Below are positions 29,487-41,715 of a stretch of 64,000 bases of DNA, piece after piece (positions within the stretch are counted from its first letter, which is position 1; each line of letters opens with the position of its first letter). Both the position numbers and the translations under genes were made by a program. The notes below the pieces were generated by a model. It had not been told where the DNA came from, did not search any database, and saw only the letters and a program-made list of their open reading frames with translations. Source of the DNA: an uncultured Gammaproteobacteria bacterium (GTDB lineage Bacteria; Pseudomonadota; Gammaproteobacteria; UBA9214); NCBI GenBank assembly GCA_963827755.1, contig CAWHCQ010000007.1, forward strand, positions 1 to 64,000, read 5' to 3'.

Positions 29487-31502
29487 GTGGAAACCCTGCT
29501 TCAACCGATACTCGACTGGATTGCACTCCATCCGTATATGTCGAGCGTCATCGTGTTCCTGATCGCGCTGATGGAGTCCCTCATCCTGCTGGGGCTGCTG
29601 ATCCCCGGCGCCGTGCTGCTGTTCGGGGCCGGCGCACTGATCGCCACCGGCGCCCTGCCGATGGCGCCCATCATCCTCTGGACCATTCTCGGCGCCATCT
29701 GCGGCGACCTGATCAGCTTCCTGCTGGGCCATTACTACCACCAGCAACTGCGGGTTATCTGGCCATTTCGCAACTATCCGCAACTGGTCAACCGCGGCGT
29801 CGATTTTTTCTGCAAACACGGCGGCAAAGGTGTCTTCATGGCCCGTTTCGTCGGACCGTTGCGCCCGATTGTGCCTGCCATTGCCGGGATGATGAACATG
29901 ACCCTGCCGCGCTTTCTGCTGGTCGACATCATTGCCTCGATCCTCTGGGCACCCGCCTATATCCTGCCCGGCATGGTGTTCGGTGCCTCGCTGGGACTGG
30001 CTGCCGAGGTGGCCGGCCGGCTGGTGGTGTTGCTGGTCACGGTGGTCGGCGCGGCGCTGCTCGGCGTCTGGCTGATCCACAGCCTGATCCGCGTGCTGCA
30101 GCCGCACGCCTCTACACTGGTGGAACGGGTGCTGGAGCGCAGCCGCCGGCACCCCCGCATCCAGCCACTCGCCGGCTCGCTGCTGGACCCTGACCATCCC
30201 GAGGCCCGCGGGCTGGCAATCCTTTCCGTGCTGTTCTTTATCACGCTGTGGCTGTTGCTGCTGACCGTGAGCCAGGTACACAGCGGTCACTTCCTGCGTG
30301 GCATCGATCAGTATGTTTTTCATGACCTGGAAAACCTGCGCACACCGTGGGCGGACCACGTCATGGTGTTTATCACCCAATTCGGCAACACGGGATTGCT
30401 TGCGGCTGTAGTGGCCGGCAGCTGTGCCTGGCTGTTGCTGAAAGGCTACCCGAAGGCGGCCTGGCACTGGCTCGGCGTGTATGTGTGCGCCGGCCTGCTG
30501 ACCTGGACGTTGAAGGTCAGCGCACAGGTTGAACGTCCGCTCCCGTTTCTCGAGGGCTATTCATTCCCCAGTGCACATACCAGCATGAGCATTGTCGTCT
30601 ATGGCTTTCTTGCGCTACTGGTGGCACGCGAGATTCCCTATCGTCACCGCTGGCTGCCCTATTCAGTTGCCGCACTGCTGGCCGGCTCGATTGCGCTGTC
30701 GCGGCTCTACCTCGGCGCGCACTGGTTTTCAGATGTGTTTGCGGGCACCGCCCTGGGCATCTTCTGGGTTGCCCTGATCGGTATCGCCTATGACCGCCAC
30801 CCGGCACCGGTCCTGCCGCTGAAGCAACTGCTGGCAGTGGTCCTGGTGATCATCAGCCTGGGCGGCTTCTGGCAACTGCAACAGCGCTTTGACGAGGAAC
30901 TGGCCTATTACGCGCCCCGCATCCAACTGCAGACGATCAGCCAGGCAAGCTGGAAAGATAACGGCTGGAAAGCACTGCCGACCTGGCGTGTCGACCTGGA
31001 AGGCAGCAACGAACAACCGATGAATTTCCAGTGGGCGGGTTCACTGGCAACACTGCAGGCCGTGCTGCAGGACAAGGGCTGGCACGCGGCGACGGCCTTC
31101 GGACCCACCAGCGCAATGCACTGGCTGGCCCCGGAACCGGAAATCGATGCCCTGCCCGTGCTGCCCCAGGTGCATGACGGTCAACACCAGCAATTGCTGC
31201 TGGTGGCACCGGCAAGCGGTAACGAGTCACGCATCCTGGCACTGCGCCTGTGGCCATCCGGCCTGCAGCTGGAAGATAGCGGGCAGACCGTGCAGCTTGG
31301 CAATATCGCCTGGCTCTATATCGAGCGGGATTTACCGCTGATCGCCTTTCTTCGAACTGCGCCGGAATTCGACACACCGCTGCAACTGCTGCGGGCAACG
31401 CTGGCTGAAAGCGGCCGCATCAAACTGCTGCAACACCGCCGCCGCCTGGACGACAGCCAGGTAGCGTGGCAGGGCGAAGTGTTGCTGGCATGGGAACCGT
31501 GA
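29487..31502 (+). CDS. DedA/VTT + PAP2 phosphatase + LssY-type C-terminal domain membrane protein
   Basis: ESLILLGLLIPG, RFVGPLRP..PAIAG, SFPSAH, SRLYLGAHWFSDV, PMNFQWAG. Confidence 0.88.
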   Translation: METLLQPILDWIALHPYMSSVIVFLIALMESLILLGLLIPGAVLLFGAGALIATGALPMAPIILWTILGAICGDLISFLLGHYYHQQLRVIWPFRNYPQLVNRGVDFFCKHGGKGVFMARFVGPLRPIVPAIAGMMNMTLPRFLLVDIIASILWAPAYILPGMVFGASLGLAAEVAGRLVVLLVTVVGAALLGVWLIHSLIRVLQPHASTLVERVLERSRRHPRIQPLAGSLLDPDHPEARGLAILSVLFFITLWLLLLTVSQVHSGHFLRGIDQYVFHDLENLRTPWADHVMVFITQFGNTGLLAAVVAGSCAWLLLKGYPKAAWHWLGVYVCAGLLTWTLKVSAQVERPLPFLEGYSFPSAHTSMSIVVYGFLALLVAREIPYRHRWLPYSVAALLAGSIALSRLYLGAHWFSDVFAGTALGIFWVALIGIAYDRHPAPVLPLKQLLAVVLVIISLGGFWQLQQRFDEELAYYAPRIQLQTISQASWKDNGWKALPTWRVDLEGSNEQPMNFQWAGSLATLQAVLQDKGWHAATAFGPTSAMHWLAPEPEIDALPVLPQVHDGQHQQLLLVAPASGNESRILALRLWPSGLQLEDSGQTVQLGNIAWLYIERDLPLIAFLRTAPEFDTPLQLLRATLAESGRIKLLQHRRRLDDSQVAWQGEVLLAWEP

Positions 31503-31529
31503 TTGCTTCGTCAAACCCGTGAAACAATC

Positions 31530-31694
31530 GCAGGATGGGTAAAGCACAGCGTACCCATCGGGGGCACCTTTGACGGGTACGTCGCTGCGCTCCTTTACCC
31601 ATCCTACCGACCCGGCCAGATTCAGCGGATAGCTTCGTCAAATCCGTGAACCTGTGAAACAATCGTAGGATGGGTAAAGCGCAGCGTACCCATC
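31530..31694. repeat. GTAG-type REP cluster (3 units)
   Basis: G(T/C)AGGATGGGTAAAGC(G/A)CAGCGTACCCATC at 31530 and 31665, with an inverted copy at 31572-31607. Confidence 0.85.
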
Positions 31695-31705
31695 GGGGTG
31701 TTTCG

Positions 31706-33076
31706 TTAAACCTGATTTTTTTCCAGTCCGCGGATGAGCTTGTCATGGATGTCGCCGAACGCGCCGTTGCTCATCACCAGCAGGTGATCGCCGGCACGGG
31801 CTTCCTGCAGCACGGCCTCGACAATCGCGTCGACACTGTCGCTGACAACGACGGGGGCATCCGATACGTCCGCTAGCGCCTGCATTGACCACTCCATCCC
31901 CGGCGGCTCATGCAGCCAGATATGATCGGCAGCACTCCACGAATCTGCCAGCGAATCGCGGTGCACACCCATGCGCATGGTGTTGGAACGCGGTTCCAGA
32001 CACAACAGGATGCGCGCATCCCCGACCCGGCGGCGCAGGCCCTGCAGGGTGGTGGCGATGGCCGTCGGGTGATGTGCAAAATCATCATAGACAGTGACCC
32101 CGTTGACCTGCCCGCGCACTTCCATGCGCCGTTTGATCCCCGCAAAACCGGTCAATGCCGCGATCGCCTGCTCAACCGGCACACCGACATGACGGGCGGC
32201 GGCAATCGCGGCCATGGCATTGTGCACATTATGCTCGCCAAGCTGCGGCCAGCTCACCGTGCCCACGGCCTGCCCTGACAGCATCACTTCGAAGCGACTA
32301 CCGTCCTCGACCAGCAGCCTGCTCTTCCAGGCAGCACTTTCATTCAGCTTCGAAACCGCCTCCACCGGCGTCCAGCAGCCCCGCTTGAGGACGGCGTGCA
32401 GGTGCTCATCGTCATCATTGGAAATGATCAGCCCGTTCCCGGGGACGGTACGCACCAGGTGGTGAAACTGGGTTTTGATGGCATCGAGATCGGGAAAGAT
32501 ATCGGCATGATCATATTCAAGGTTATTCAGCACCAGTGTCCGCGGGTGGTAGTGAACGAACTTCGAACGCTTGTCGAAAAAGGCCGTGTCGTATTCATCG
32601 GCCTCGACCACGAAGAACGGGCCGCTGCCGAGGCGGGCGGAGAGGCCGAAATTTTTCGGCACCCCGCCAATCAGAAAGCCGGGTGACAGGCCGGCATACT
32701 CGAGAATCCAGGCCAGCATACTGGCAGTGGAGGTCTTGCCATGCGTACCCGCAACCGCCAGCACCCAGCGGTTCTGCAATACATTTTCGGCCAGCCACTG
32801 CGGGCCCGAGGTGTAGACAAGATTTTCATCCAATACATGTTCAACCGCGGCATTGCCGCGTGACAGGGCATTGCCGATCACCACGCAATCCGGTGGCGGT
32901 TCAAGGTGCGCAGCGGCATAGCCTTCACAGAGGATAATGCCCTGCTCGGCAAGCTGGGTACTCATCGGGGGATAGACGCCGGCGTCCGAGCCGCTTACCT
33001 GCACACCGAGCTCTCGGGCCAGCAGGGCAATACCGCCCATGAAGGTACCGCAAATACCCAGGATATGAATCTGCAT
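31706..33076 (-). CDS. mpl: Murein peptide ligase
   Basis: MQIHILGICGTFMGG, GTHGKTST, EADEYDTAFFDKRSKF, DDFAHHPTAI. Confidence 0.97.
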   Translation of the reverse strand: MQIHILGICGTFMGGIALLARELGVQVSGSDAGVYPPMSTQLAEQGIILCEGYAAAHLEPPPDCVVIGNALSRGNAAVEHVLDENLVYTSGPQWLAENVLQNRWVLAVAGTHGKTSTASMLAWILEYAGLSPGFLIGGVPKNFGLSARLGSGPFFVVEADEYDTAFFDKRSKFVHYHPRTLVLNNLEYDHADIFPDLDAIKTQFHHLVRTVPGNGLIISNDDDEHLHAVLKRGCWTPVEAVSKLNESAAWKSRLLVEDGSRFEVMLSGQAVGTVSWPQLGEHNVHNAMAAIAAARHVGVPVEQAIAALTGFAGIKRRMEVRGQVNGVTVYDDFAHHPTAIATTLQGLRRRVGDARILLCLEPRSNTMRMGVHRDSLADSWSAADHIWLHEPPGMEWSMQALADVSDAPVVVSDSVDAIVEAVLQEARAGDHLLVMSNGAFGDIHDKLIRGLEKNQV

Positions 33077-33104
33077 ATTGATGCCGCTGAAATCCGGCGG
33101 GCGG

Positions 33105-34256
33105 CTAGCGTCTCTTGCGGGCGGCCGGCTTCTTTTTCGCCACAGGTTTTTTCAGTGTTTTTTTCTTCACCGTCCGGGCGACCGCTTTTTTCCTTGCCGC
33201 GGCCTTTTTTACGGGTGCCTTCTTCTGCGTGGCCTTTTTCTTCACCGCCGCCTTTTTCTTTACCGCGGGTTTCCTGGCCGCCGTGCGCTTCCGTGATACC
33301 TTCTTCTTCACCGCAACCTTCTTCTTCGCAGCGGCTTTCTTCTTCACGGCCACCTTCTTTTTCACAACCGCCTTCTTCTTCACCGCAACCTTCTTCTTCA
33401 CAGCGGTTTTCCTGACAGCAGCCTTCTTCACCGCCGTTTTCTTCACGGCTGCCTTTTTCTTCACCGCTGTTTTCTTCACCGCCGCTTTCTTGCTCACCGC
33501 CTTTTTCTTTACCGTGGCTTTTTTCTTCCCTTCGCCCTTCTTGGCGGCATGGTGCTTGGCGATCGCGGCGCGAATGGTATCGGAGCGTGTGGCACCCTTG
33601 GTGGTGGCCTTGACATTGTCAACGATCTTGCAAACGGCCTTGAAAATATCGGAAATCTCGCCAACACCCTGAACAGTATGCATTTTTTTCTGATCCTGGT
33701 AATAATCGATCACCGGGATGGTATGCGTTTCATAGACCCTCAGGCGGCTGCCGATGGTCTCTTCATTGTCATCACCCCGATGCCGCAGCCGGCCGCCGCA
33801 TTCATCACAGCGCCCCTCGATATGCGGTGGTGAATAAAATACGTTATACATCTGGCCACAGGTCAGGCAGGTCCGCCGGCCAACCAGGCGCTGGATCAGG
33901 GCATCCACATCGACGGCAACCAGCAAGGCCAGGTGCAACGGCTGGCCGAGGCTCATCAGCAGCAGGTCAAGCGCCTCGGATTGCTGCACGTTCCTGGGAA
34001 ACCCGTCCAGAATAAAGCCCTTGCGGGCATCCGGGCGCATGACCCGCTCCTTGATAATGCCGAGCACGATTTCATCATTCACCAGTTGCCCGGCATCCAT
34101 GGCAACCTTTGCCTGGCGGCCCAGCGGGCTGCCCGCGGCCACCGCCTCACGCAACATATCGCCGGTCGAAATCTGCGGCAGCTTGTAGCGCTCCGCAAGG
34201 AGCTTTGCCTGGGTGCCCTTGCCGGAACCCGGCGCACCCAGCAGTACGATTCTCAT
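33105..34256 (-). CDS. adk: Adenylate kinase with Lys/Ala-rich histone-like C-terminal extension
   Basis: GAPGSGKGTQ, STGDMLR, LDGFPR, LID CLTC..CDEC, RGDDNEE, followed by ~145 aa of KK(K)AAV-type repeats. Confidence 0.93.
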   Translation of the reverse strand: MRIVLLGAPGSGKGTQAKLLAERYKLPQISTGDMLREAVAAGSPLGRQAKVAMDAGQLVNDEIVLGIIKERVMRPDARKGFILDGFPRNVQQSEALDLLLMSLGQPLHLALLVAVDVDALIQRLVGRRTCLTCGQMYNVFYSPPHIEGRCDECGGRLRHRGDDNEETIGSRLRVYETHTIPVIDYYQDQKKMHTVQGVGEISDIFKAVCKIVDNVKATTKGATRSDTIRAAIAKHHAAKKGEGKKKATVKKKAVSKKAAVKKTAVKKKAAVKKTAVKKAAVRKTAVKKKVAVKKKAVVKKKVAVKKKAAAKKKVAVKKKVSRKRTAARKPAVKKKAAVKKKATQKKAPVKKAAARKKAVARTVKKKTLKKPVAKKKPAARKRR

Positions 34257-34498
34257 GGTGTGGAGGTACTCCTCAAGGTATGAATATTATTAACTTCCTG
34301 AATTCCGGAAGATTTTATTAATACAGACATATGATTTTTTACGTGGCCGTCATGCGGGACAGCGTTTAAGCTACCCTCTGCCAGTGGTAGAAGTCAACGA
34401 AGTTCATGAAATAAATCAGGTTTTGAGCTAGAATCTGGCGCCCTTGATGCGCGCGCTGGTCGCCCATCGACCCTTACAGAGACGCCAGCAGAGCCAAA

Positions 34499-34910
34499 AT
34501 GAGCGCTATCGACGATTTCATGGAAAGTGAATTATGGATCATCAACACCATCGCTGGAAGAGCGCTACGGCAAGACGATGGAACTGCAGATGGCGGACAT
34601 CGAGTTGCGCCTGAACCCGTACGCAACCGAGCTCACACCCTGCCCGGCCGCCTTCTGGGAACATGAAAATTGCAAGTTCATTGTCTGCAAGACCGGTCCA
34701 ACGCGCTACCGCAGCCAGTTCTATTACCGCGTCCACAAAATGTACGGCACCGGCGTGGAAGAGTATGACGACCTGTCGGAATGCATGGTAACGCTGTTGC
34801 AGGTACAGGCGGACTTTGTTGCCGACGAGAGCAACGCCGCAGATAGCATGGGGTCAGAGCACATTTTTTCCTTATATTCCATAAATACACCTGGAGTAGC
34901 AGGAATATAA
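34499..34910 (+). CDS. Conserved hypothetical protein (frameshift near 5' end)
   Basis: MSAIDDFMESELWII then, in another frame, LEERYGKTMELQMADIELRLNP..CPAAFW..YRSQFYY..YGTG..YDDL. Confidence 0.7.
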
Positions 34911-34964
34911 GGAAAAAATGTGCTCTGACCCCGATTAAATTAGCAAACCAAGGGAGAGCAACAC

Positions 34965-36242
34965 ATGGCAAAATCAGCCACGAAAAAGAATGCGTTCTAC
35001 GCACAATCAGGCGGTGTTACCGCGGTCATCAATGCATCCGCCTGTGGCGTGATCGAGACGGCGCGCAAGCACAAGAAAAAGATAGGCAAGGTCTATGCGG
35101 GACGCAACGGCATCATCGGTGCGCTGACGGAAGACCTGATCGATACCAGCAAGGAATCCGCGCGCGACATCGCCGCACTGCGCCAGACACCCTCCGGCGC
35201 CTTCGGCTCCTGCCGTTACAAGATGAAGAGCCTGGAGGCCAACAAGCGTGAGTATGACCGCCTGATCGAAGTCTTTGCGGCGCATAACATCGGTTACTTC
35301 TTCTATAACGGCGGCGGCGACTCGGCCGACACCTGCCTGAAGGTTTCCCAGCTCTCCAAGGCAACCGGCTACCCGATCCAGGCCATTCACATTCCCAAGA
35401 CCGTGGACAACGATCTGCCGATCACCGACAACTGCCCCGGCTTTGGCTCCGTGGCCAAGTACATCGCCATCTCCACCCGTGAAGCCAGCTTTGACGTGGC
35501 CTCCATGTGCGCCACCTCGACCAAGGTGTTCGTGCTCGAGGTGATGGGCCGCCATGCAGGCTGGATCGCAGCGGCCGGCGGCATGGCCGCCTCGAAAAAC
35601 TGCGACCTGCCGATCGTTATCCTGTTTCCCGAGGTGCCTTTCAACCAGGAGAAGTTCCTCAAGGAAGTAGACGACAAGGTAAAAAAATACGGCTATGTCT
35701 CCATCGTCGTCTCCGAGGGTGTCGCCGACAGCGAGGGCAAATTCCTTGCAGACCAGGGCCTGAAAGATGCCTTTGGCCACGCCCAGCTCGGCGGTGTGGC
35801 CCCGGTCATTGCCAACATGGTGCGCGACAAGCTCGGCTATAAATATCACTGGGCCGTGGCAGACTACCTGCAACGTGCGGCACGCCATATCGCTTCCAAA
35901 TCCGATGTCGAGCAGGCCTACGCCCTGGGCAAGGCCGGCGTCGAGCTGGCACTGGCCGGCAAGAACTCCGTCATGCCAACCATTGTGCGCACCTCCAACA
36001 ACCCCTACCGCTGGAAAATCGGCGAGGCAAAACTGTCACGCGTCGCCAATGTCGAGAAGATGATGCCGAAGGGCTACATCACCAAAGACGGCTTCGGCAT
36101 TACCCAAAGCTGCCGCAATTACCTGGCACCGCTGATGCGGGGCGAGGACTACCCGAGCTATGGCAAGGACGGGCTGCCAAAGTACGTCATGCTTAAAAAC
36201 GTTTCGGTGCCCCGGAAACTGAATGACTTCGAGGTCAAGTAG
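34965..36242 (+). CDS. pfp: 6-phosphofructokinase, probably PPi-dependent
   Basis: AQSGGVTAVIN, GGGDS (Asp diagnostic of the PPi type), PKTVDND, EVMGRHAGW. Confidence 0.9.
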   Translation: MAKSATKKNAFYAQSGGVTAVINASACGVIETARKHKKKIGKVYAGRNGIIGALTEDLIDTSKESARDIAALRQTPSGAFGSCRYKMKSLEANKREYDRLIEVFAAHNIGYFFYNGGGDSADTCLKVSQLSKATGYPIQAIHIPKTVDNDLPITDNCPGFGSVAKYIAISTREASFDVASMCATSTKVFVLEVMGRHAGWIAAAGGMAASKNCDLPIVILFPEVPFNQEKFLKEVDDKVKKYGYVSIVVSEGVADSEGKFLADQGLKDAFGHAQLGGVAPVIANMVRDKLGYKYHWAVADYLQRAARHIASKSDVEQAYALGKAGVELALAGKNSVMPTIVRTSNNPYRWKIGEAKLSRVANVEKMMPKGYITKDGFGITQSCRNYLAPLMRGEDYPSYGKDGLPKYVMLKNVSVPRKLNDFEVK

Positions 36243-36257
36243 ACCGGAAACCCGCCC

Positions 36258-36470
36258 ATGACCCTTGATAAAGCCGATGAACTGCTGGCCGTGCAAGTCG
36301 ACATGGGCGGCGGCTATAATCGCAACGCCGCACGCCTGATCCTGGCGGAAGTACAGCAGGATCATGGCCAGACGGCCGTGGATGCCCTGATTGAAAAATA
36401 CAACATGGAAGAACTGTTCGGCCTGAAACCGGGCACCGTATTCAATAAACCTGATTCAACTAAATTCTAA
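36258..36470 (+). CDS. Small conserved hypothetical protein
   Basis: 70-aa ORF tightly packed between pfp and hppA ([16 protein letters not shown]). Confidence 0.75.
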   Translation: MTLDKADELLAVQVDMGGGYNRNAARLILAEVQQDHGQTAVDALIEKYNMEELFGLKPGTVFNKPDSTKF

Positions 36471-36492
36471 AGTCGCTATAGGGAGAGACCCG

Positions 36493-38520
<2,028 letters not shown>

Positions 38521-38550
38521 TCCAGCAGGATAACCGGGCCCCGATAAATC

Positions 38551-38615
38551 GTAGGAGCCAGCGCCAGCTGGCGAAGCATTCGTTGAGGGGTTCGCGAGCT
38601 GGCGCTCGCTCCTAC
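38551..38615. repeat. REP doublet (GTAGGAGCCAGCGCCAGCTGGCGAA family)
   Basis: Inverted pair of the 25-mer around a short spacer. Confidence 0.88.
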
Positions 38616-38645
38616 AGCAGGTTTAAGCAGGATATATCAAAGCCT

Positions 38646-39185
38646 ATGAAAGTTTGCATCGTTTCCGACAGCCATGACCAGACCGGATTCCTGGAGGCCG
38701 CCGTACGCGAGGCCGTTGCGGCCGGCGCGCAGGCCGTGCTGCACTGCGGTGATGTCGTCAAACCGGAGACCCTGAAAGTCATCATGCCGTTTGACCTGCC
38801 GGTGTACGTTATCCATGGCAATAACAGCGGCAACCTGGCGATGATGTCCCGAATAGCGTCCGAAGAGTCCAGTAACGTGCACTACTACGGGCATGATGCG
38901 GGCTTCGAACTGGCCGGCAGGCGTATCTACCTGGTGCACTTTCCGGATTACGCCAACAGCATGAGCACCACGGGCGAATGGGACCTGGTGTGTTGCGGGC
39001 ACAGCCACAAGGCGGCCGTCAGCGCCGTCGAGAACCGGATGGGCACGCTCACCCACCTGGTAAACCCGGGCACCGTCGGCGGCATCGGTGCACCGGCAAC
39101 CTGGGTACTGGGCGATCTCGAGGCCATGACCTTCAGCATTTTTGACGTCCCCGGCAGCATGGCAGCGAAGCAGGAAACGGCATAA
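38646..39185 (+). CDS. YfcE-like metallophosphoesterase
   Basis: SDSHD, HCGD, GNN, GHSH, NPG motifs. Confidence 0.9.
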   Translation: MKVCIVSDSHDQTGFLEAAVREAVAAGAQAVLHCGDVVKPETLKVIMPFDLPVYVIHGNNSGNLAMMSRIASEESSNVHYYGHDAGFELAGRRIYLVHFPDYANSMSTTGEWDLVCCGHSHKAAVSAVENRMGTLTHLVNPGTVGGIGAPATWVLGDLEAMTFSIFDVPGSMAAKQETA

Positions 39186-39895
39186 TGAAAGTACCCGGCC
39201 CCGAAGACATGGTAATTGGCGACAAGAGCGGCATCGACCTGTCCGACTCACGGCCTTCCCTGCAGGCCCAGCTGAATGAACTGGAGAAACAGCTTGCGGC
39301 ACTGCCGGCCGACTGCAGCGCCATCGAACGTGCACGCATTCGGCTGGATATCGCCGAGACCCTGCTGGGTCTGCAGAGAAAGAAGGACAGCTGGGACATC
39401 GGCCGCGAGATATTCGACGTATTCGCGGCCGAGGAGGCGTGGGCCGACGCCATCGAAACCTGCGATGTCCTGTTCCAGTGCGAACAACCCGAGTCGCTGA
39501 TCGCCCTTGGCAACGGCATCTGGCTGTCGGTCACCTACCCGGTGCCCGCACAGCTGACCGTGGCCATGCTGCAGCATGTCATCGATGAGACCCCGGACAC
39601 CTCGGACGGTGCGGCCGTCGCCGCCATGGCCGCCCACTACATTGCCGACCTGCGCACCGAGGGTGAAGAGCATGACAGCCTGACCTTCTTCACCAACCAG
39701 ATCGTCGCCGGCGTGGCCAAGCGTCACCGCGGCATTGAAAATGATCCCGAGATGATCAGGATGTGGATCGAGATTCTGGAACTGAATGACGTCAACGAAT
39801 TGCTGTCACGCCTGTCCGTGATGCTCGACACCATTGTCGGCGATAGCTGGTGGGTTGACCGCGACGCCCTGCGCGCAAAACTGCCGGTGAATTGA
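39185..39895 (+). CDS. Hypothetical helical protein
   Basis: 236-aa ORF overlapping the upstream stop, host-like codon usage; no motif recognised. Confidence 0.75.
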   Translation: MKVPGPEDMVIGDKSGIDLSDSRPSLQAQLNELEKQLAALPADCSAIERARIRLDIAETLLGLQRKKDSWDIGREIFDVFAAEEAWADAIETCDVLFQCEQPESLIALGNGIWLSVTYPVPAQLTVAMLQHVIDETPDTSDGAAVAAMAAHYIADLRTEGEEHDSLTFFTNQIVAGVAKRHRGIENDPEMIRMWIEILELNDVNELLSRLSVMLDTIVGDSWWVDRDALRAKLPVN

Positions 39896-40008
39896 CGGGA
39901 CCCGTCAAACCCCGTCCGCGGCAGAGCTGATCGCTGCACAACGTGCACCCTGCCCTTGAACGCCCCCTTTTTTCACACCCACCTGAGTGGCATGTGCATC
40001 GGCATTCC

Positions 40009-40725
40009 TCAGGAACCCCAGGGCACCATTTCAACATCGAGGCACAGGTTTACCGTCCCGCTGACCGCAAACCGGCGGCTGCGCATGTCGAACCGGTAGC
40101 GGTTTACCTGTCCCTTGCCCTTCAGCAAGATCCGGTCCGGCAGGTTGCCCAGGCCCTCTTCGAGAATATCGATGCCGACATCGAAGACGACCGGCTGCGT
40201 CTTGCCGCGCAGGGTAAGGTCACCGTAGATATAGCCCTGCAGCGGGGCCAGCCATTCAAAGGCCCGGCCGATGAACAGGATATCCGGGTAGCGGCCAATG
40301 TCCATGAATTCGGGACCCATCGCCAGCGGCCCCAGCTTTTCATTGCTGACTTCCATGGGGCTGGTATGGATCAGCAGCAGCGCCTGTCCATAGCGCTGCG
40401 TAAGGGACGGCATGACCAGGCCACCGACGAGACTGGTGAACTCGGCGCGGAATTCCTGCCGCGGGAAATGCCGGACACAGAACCCCACCCTGGAGTTGCC
40501 CGGAACGACGCGATACAACCGACCTTCACGGGCCGCGCTGCGCATCACCTCGAGCAGCCGCGCATCGACGCGGCCGTCTTCAAAGGGCCGGCACGGCTCA
40601 ACCGCAAACGCCGCCGCCGTGGTCAGTACCAGCAGCACCGCCAGACAGGCCCGCAGGCAGCTGGACAATTGCACCCGGACTGCCGCGCGGAGATCAACAG
40701 GCTTGTTACCCATACCGTGAAGCAT
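40009..40725 (-). CDS. YceI-family protein
   Basis: Signal peptide, NSRVGF, EFMDIGRYPDILF, GDLTLRGKTQPV, VNRYRFDM. Confidence 0.82.
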   Translation of the reverse strand: MLHGMGNKPVDLRAAVRVQLSSCLRACLAVLLVLTTAAAFAVEPCRPFEDGRVDARLLEVMRSAAREGRLYRVVPGNSRVGFCVRHFPRQEFRAEFTSLVGGLVMPSLTQRYGQALLLIHTSPMEVSNEKLGPLAMGPEFMDIGRYPDILFIGRAFEWLAPLQGYIYGDLTLRGKTQPVVFDVGIDILEEGLGNLPDRILLKGKGQVNRYRFDMRSRRFAVSGTVNLCLDVEMVPWGS

Positions 40726-40793
40726 GGGATCTCAACGGTTCCTGAACCTTGACCCTGGTCAATCTGAAGGCCATCTCTGTAAATTTCTCATTT

Positions 40794-40876
40794 GTAGGAG
40801 CCAGCGCCAGCTGGCGAAGGGTGGTATCACCGGATCTCTGTGCAAGACACCTTCGCCAGCTGGCGCTGGCTCCTAC
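40794..40876. repeat. REP doublet
   Basis: GTAGGAGCCAGCGCCAGCTGGCGAA ... TTCGCCAGCTGGCGCTGGCTCCTAC. Confidence 0.9.
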
Positions 40877-40967
40877 ACGATTACAATAACTGCCTGAAGC
40901 GCGGGCCTGTTCGGGTAACATCGCCTACAATCAAGTCTGGAAGCCGGGTTGGCGCGGGGTGAGCGTT

Positions 40968-41705
40968 ATGTTGTACAGACATTCGATATTCTGGCACGGC
41001 GTCGTCATACTGCTGTTGCTGTCATCGGCGGCGCGGGCTGACGGGTATGCACAGGCGCGCCAGCAGATGATTGAAGCAATCGGGCAGGATGTACACGAAA
41101 CCAGCCTGTACCTCGACAAGCTGGCGCTTGACCCGCGGGTCATGACGGCCATGGGCAAGGTACCCCGGCACGAATTCGTCCCCGCCGCACAGCGCCCGCA
41201 TGCCTACGACAACCGGCCGCTGCCCATCGGCCACGGGCAAACGATTTCGCAACCCTACATCGTTGCCCTGATGAGTGACCTGATCAAGCCGCAGGCGAAT
41301 GACAGGATACTGGAGCTCGGCACCGGCTCCGGCTACCAGGCCGCCGTTCTGGCCGAGCTCACCGGGCAGGTTTACAGCATCGAGATCATCGAGGCGCTCG
41401 GCGAGCAGGCGGCCGAGCGCTTGTCGCGACTGGGGTATGACAACATCACGCTGCGCATCGGCGACGGCTATTACGGCTGGGAAGAACACGCCCCCTTCGA
41501 TGCCATCGTGGTCACGGCGGCCGCCGGCCACGTACCGCCCGCGCTGGTGGCACAACTCAAACCCGGTGGCCGCATGGTCATTCCGGTCGGCAGCCGCTTT
41601 CTCACCCAGCAACTGGTGCTGATCGAAAAACAGGCAGGCGGGCAGCTCATTACCCGGCAAATCTTACCCGTCAAGTTCGTGCCGCTCACCGGGAAGCACG
41701 ATTAA
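40968..41705 (+). CDS. pcm: Protein-L-isoaspartate O-methyltransferase with signal-peptide-like N-terminus
   Basis: VPRHEFV, GQTISQPYIVA, LELGTGSGYQAA, GDGYYGW, FDAIVVTAA, QLKPGGRMVIPVG, VKFVPL. Confidence 0.92.
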   Translation: MLYRHSIFWHGVVILLLLSSAARADGYAQARQQMIEAIGQDVHETSLYLDKLALDPRVMTAMGKVPRHEFVPAAQRPHAYDNRPLPIGHGQTISQPYIVALMSDLIKPQANDRILELGTGSGYQAAVLAELTGQVYSIEIIEALGEQAAERLSRLGYDNITLRIGDGYYGWEEHAPFDAIVVTAAAGHVPPALVAQLKPGGRMVIPVGSRFLTQQLVLIEKQAGGQLITRQILPVKFVPLTGKHD

Positions 41706-41715
41706 CCGGCAGCGT

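Noticed and set aside
33115-33672. Phe-rich repetitive 185-aa ORF
   Set aside because: It is the antisense shadow of the Lys-rich adk tail.
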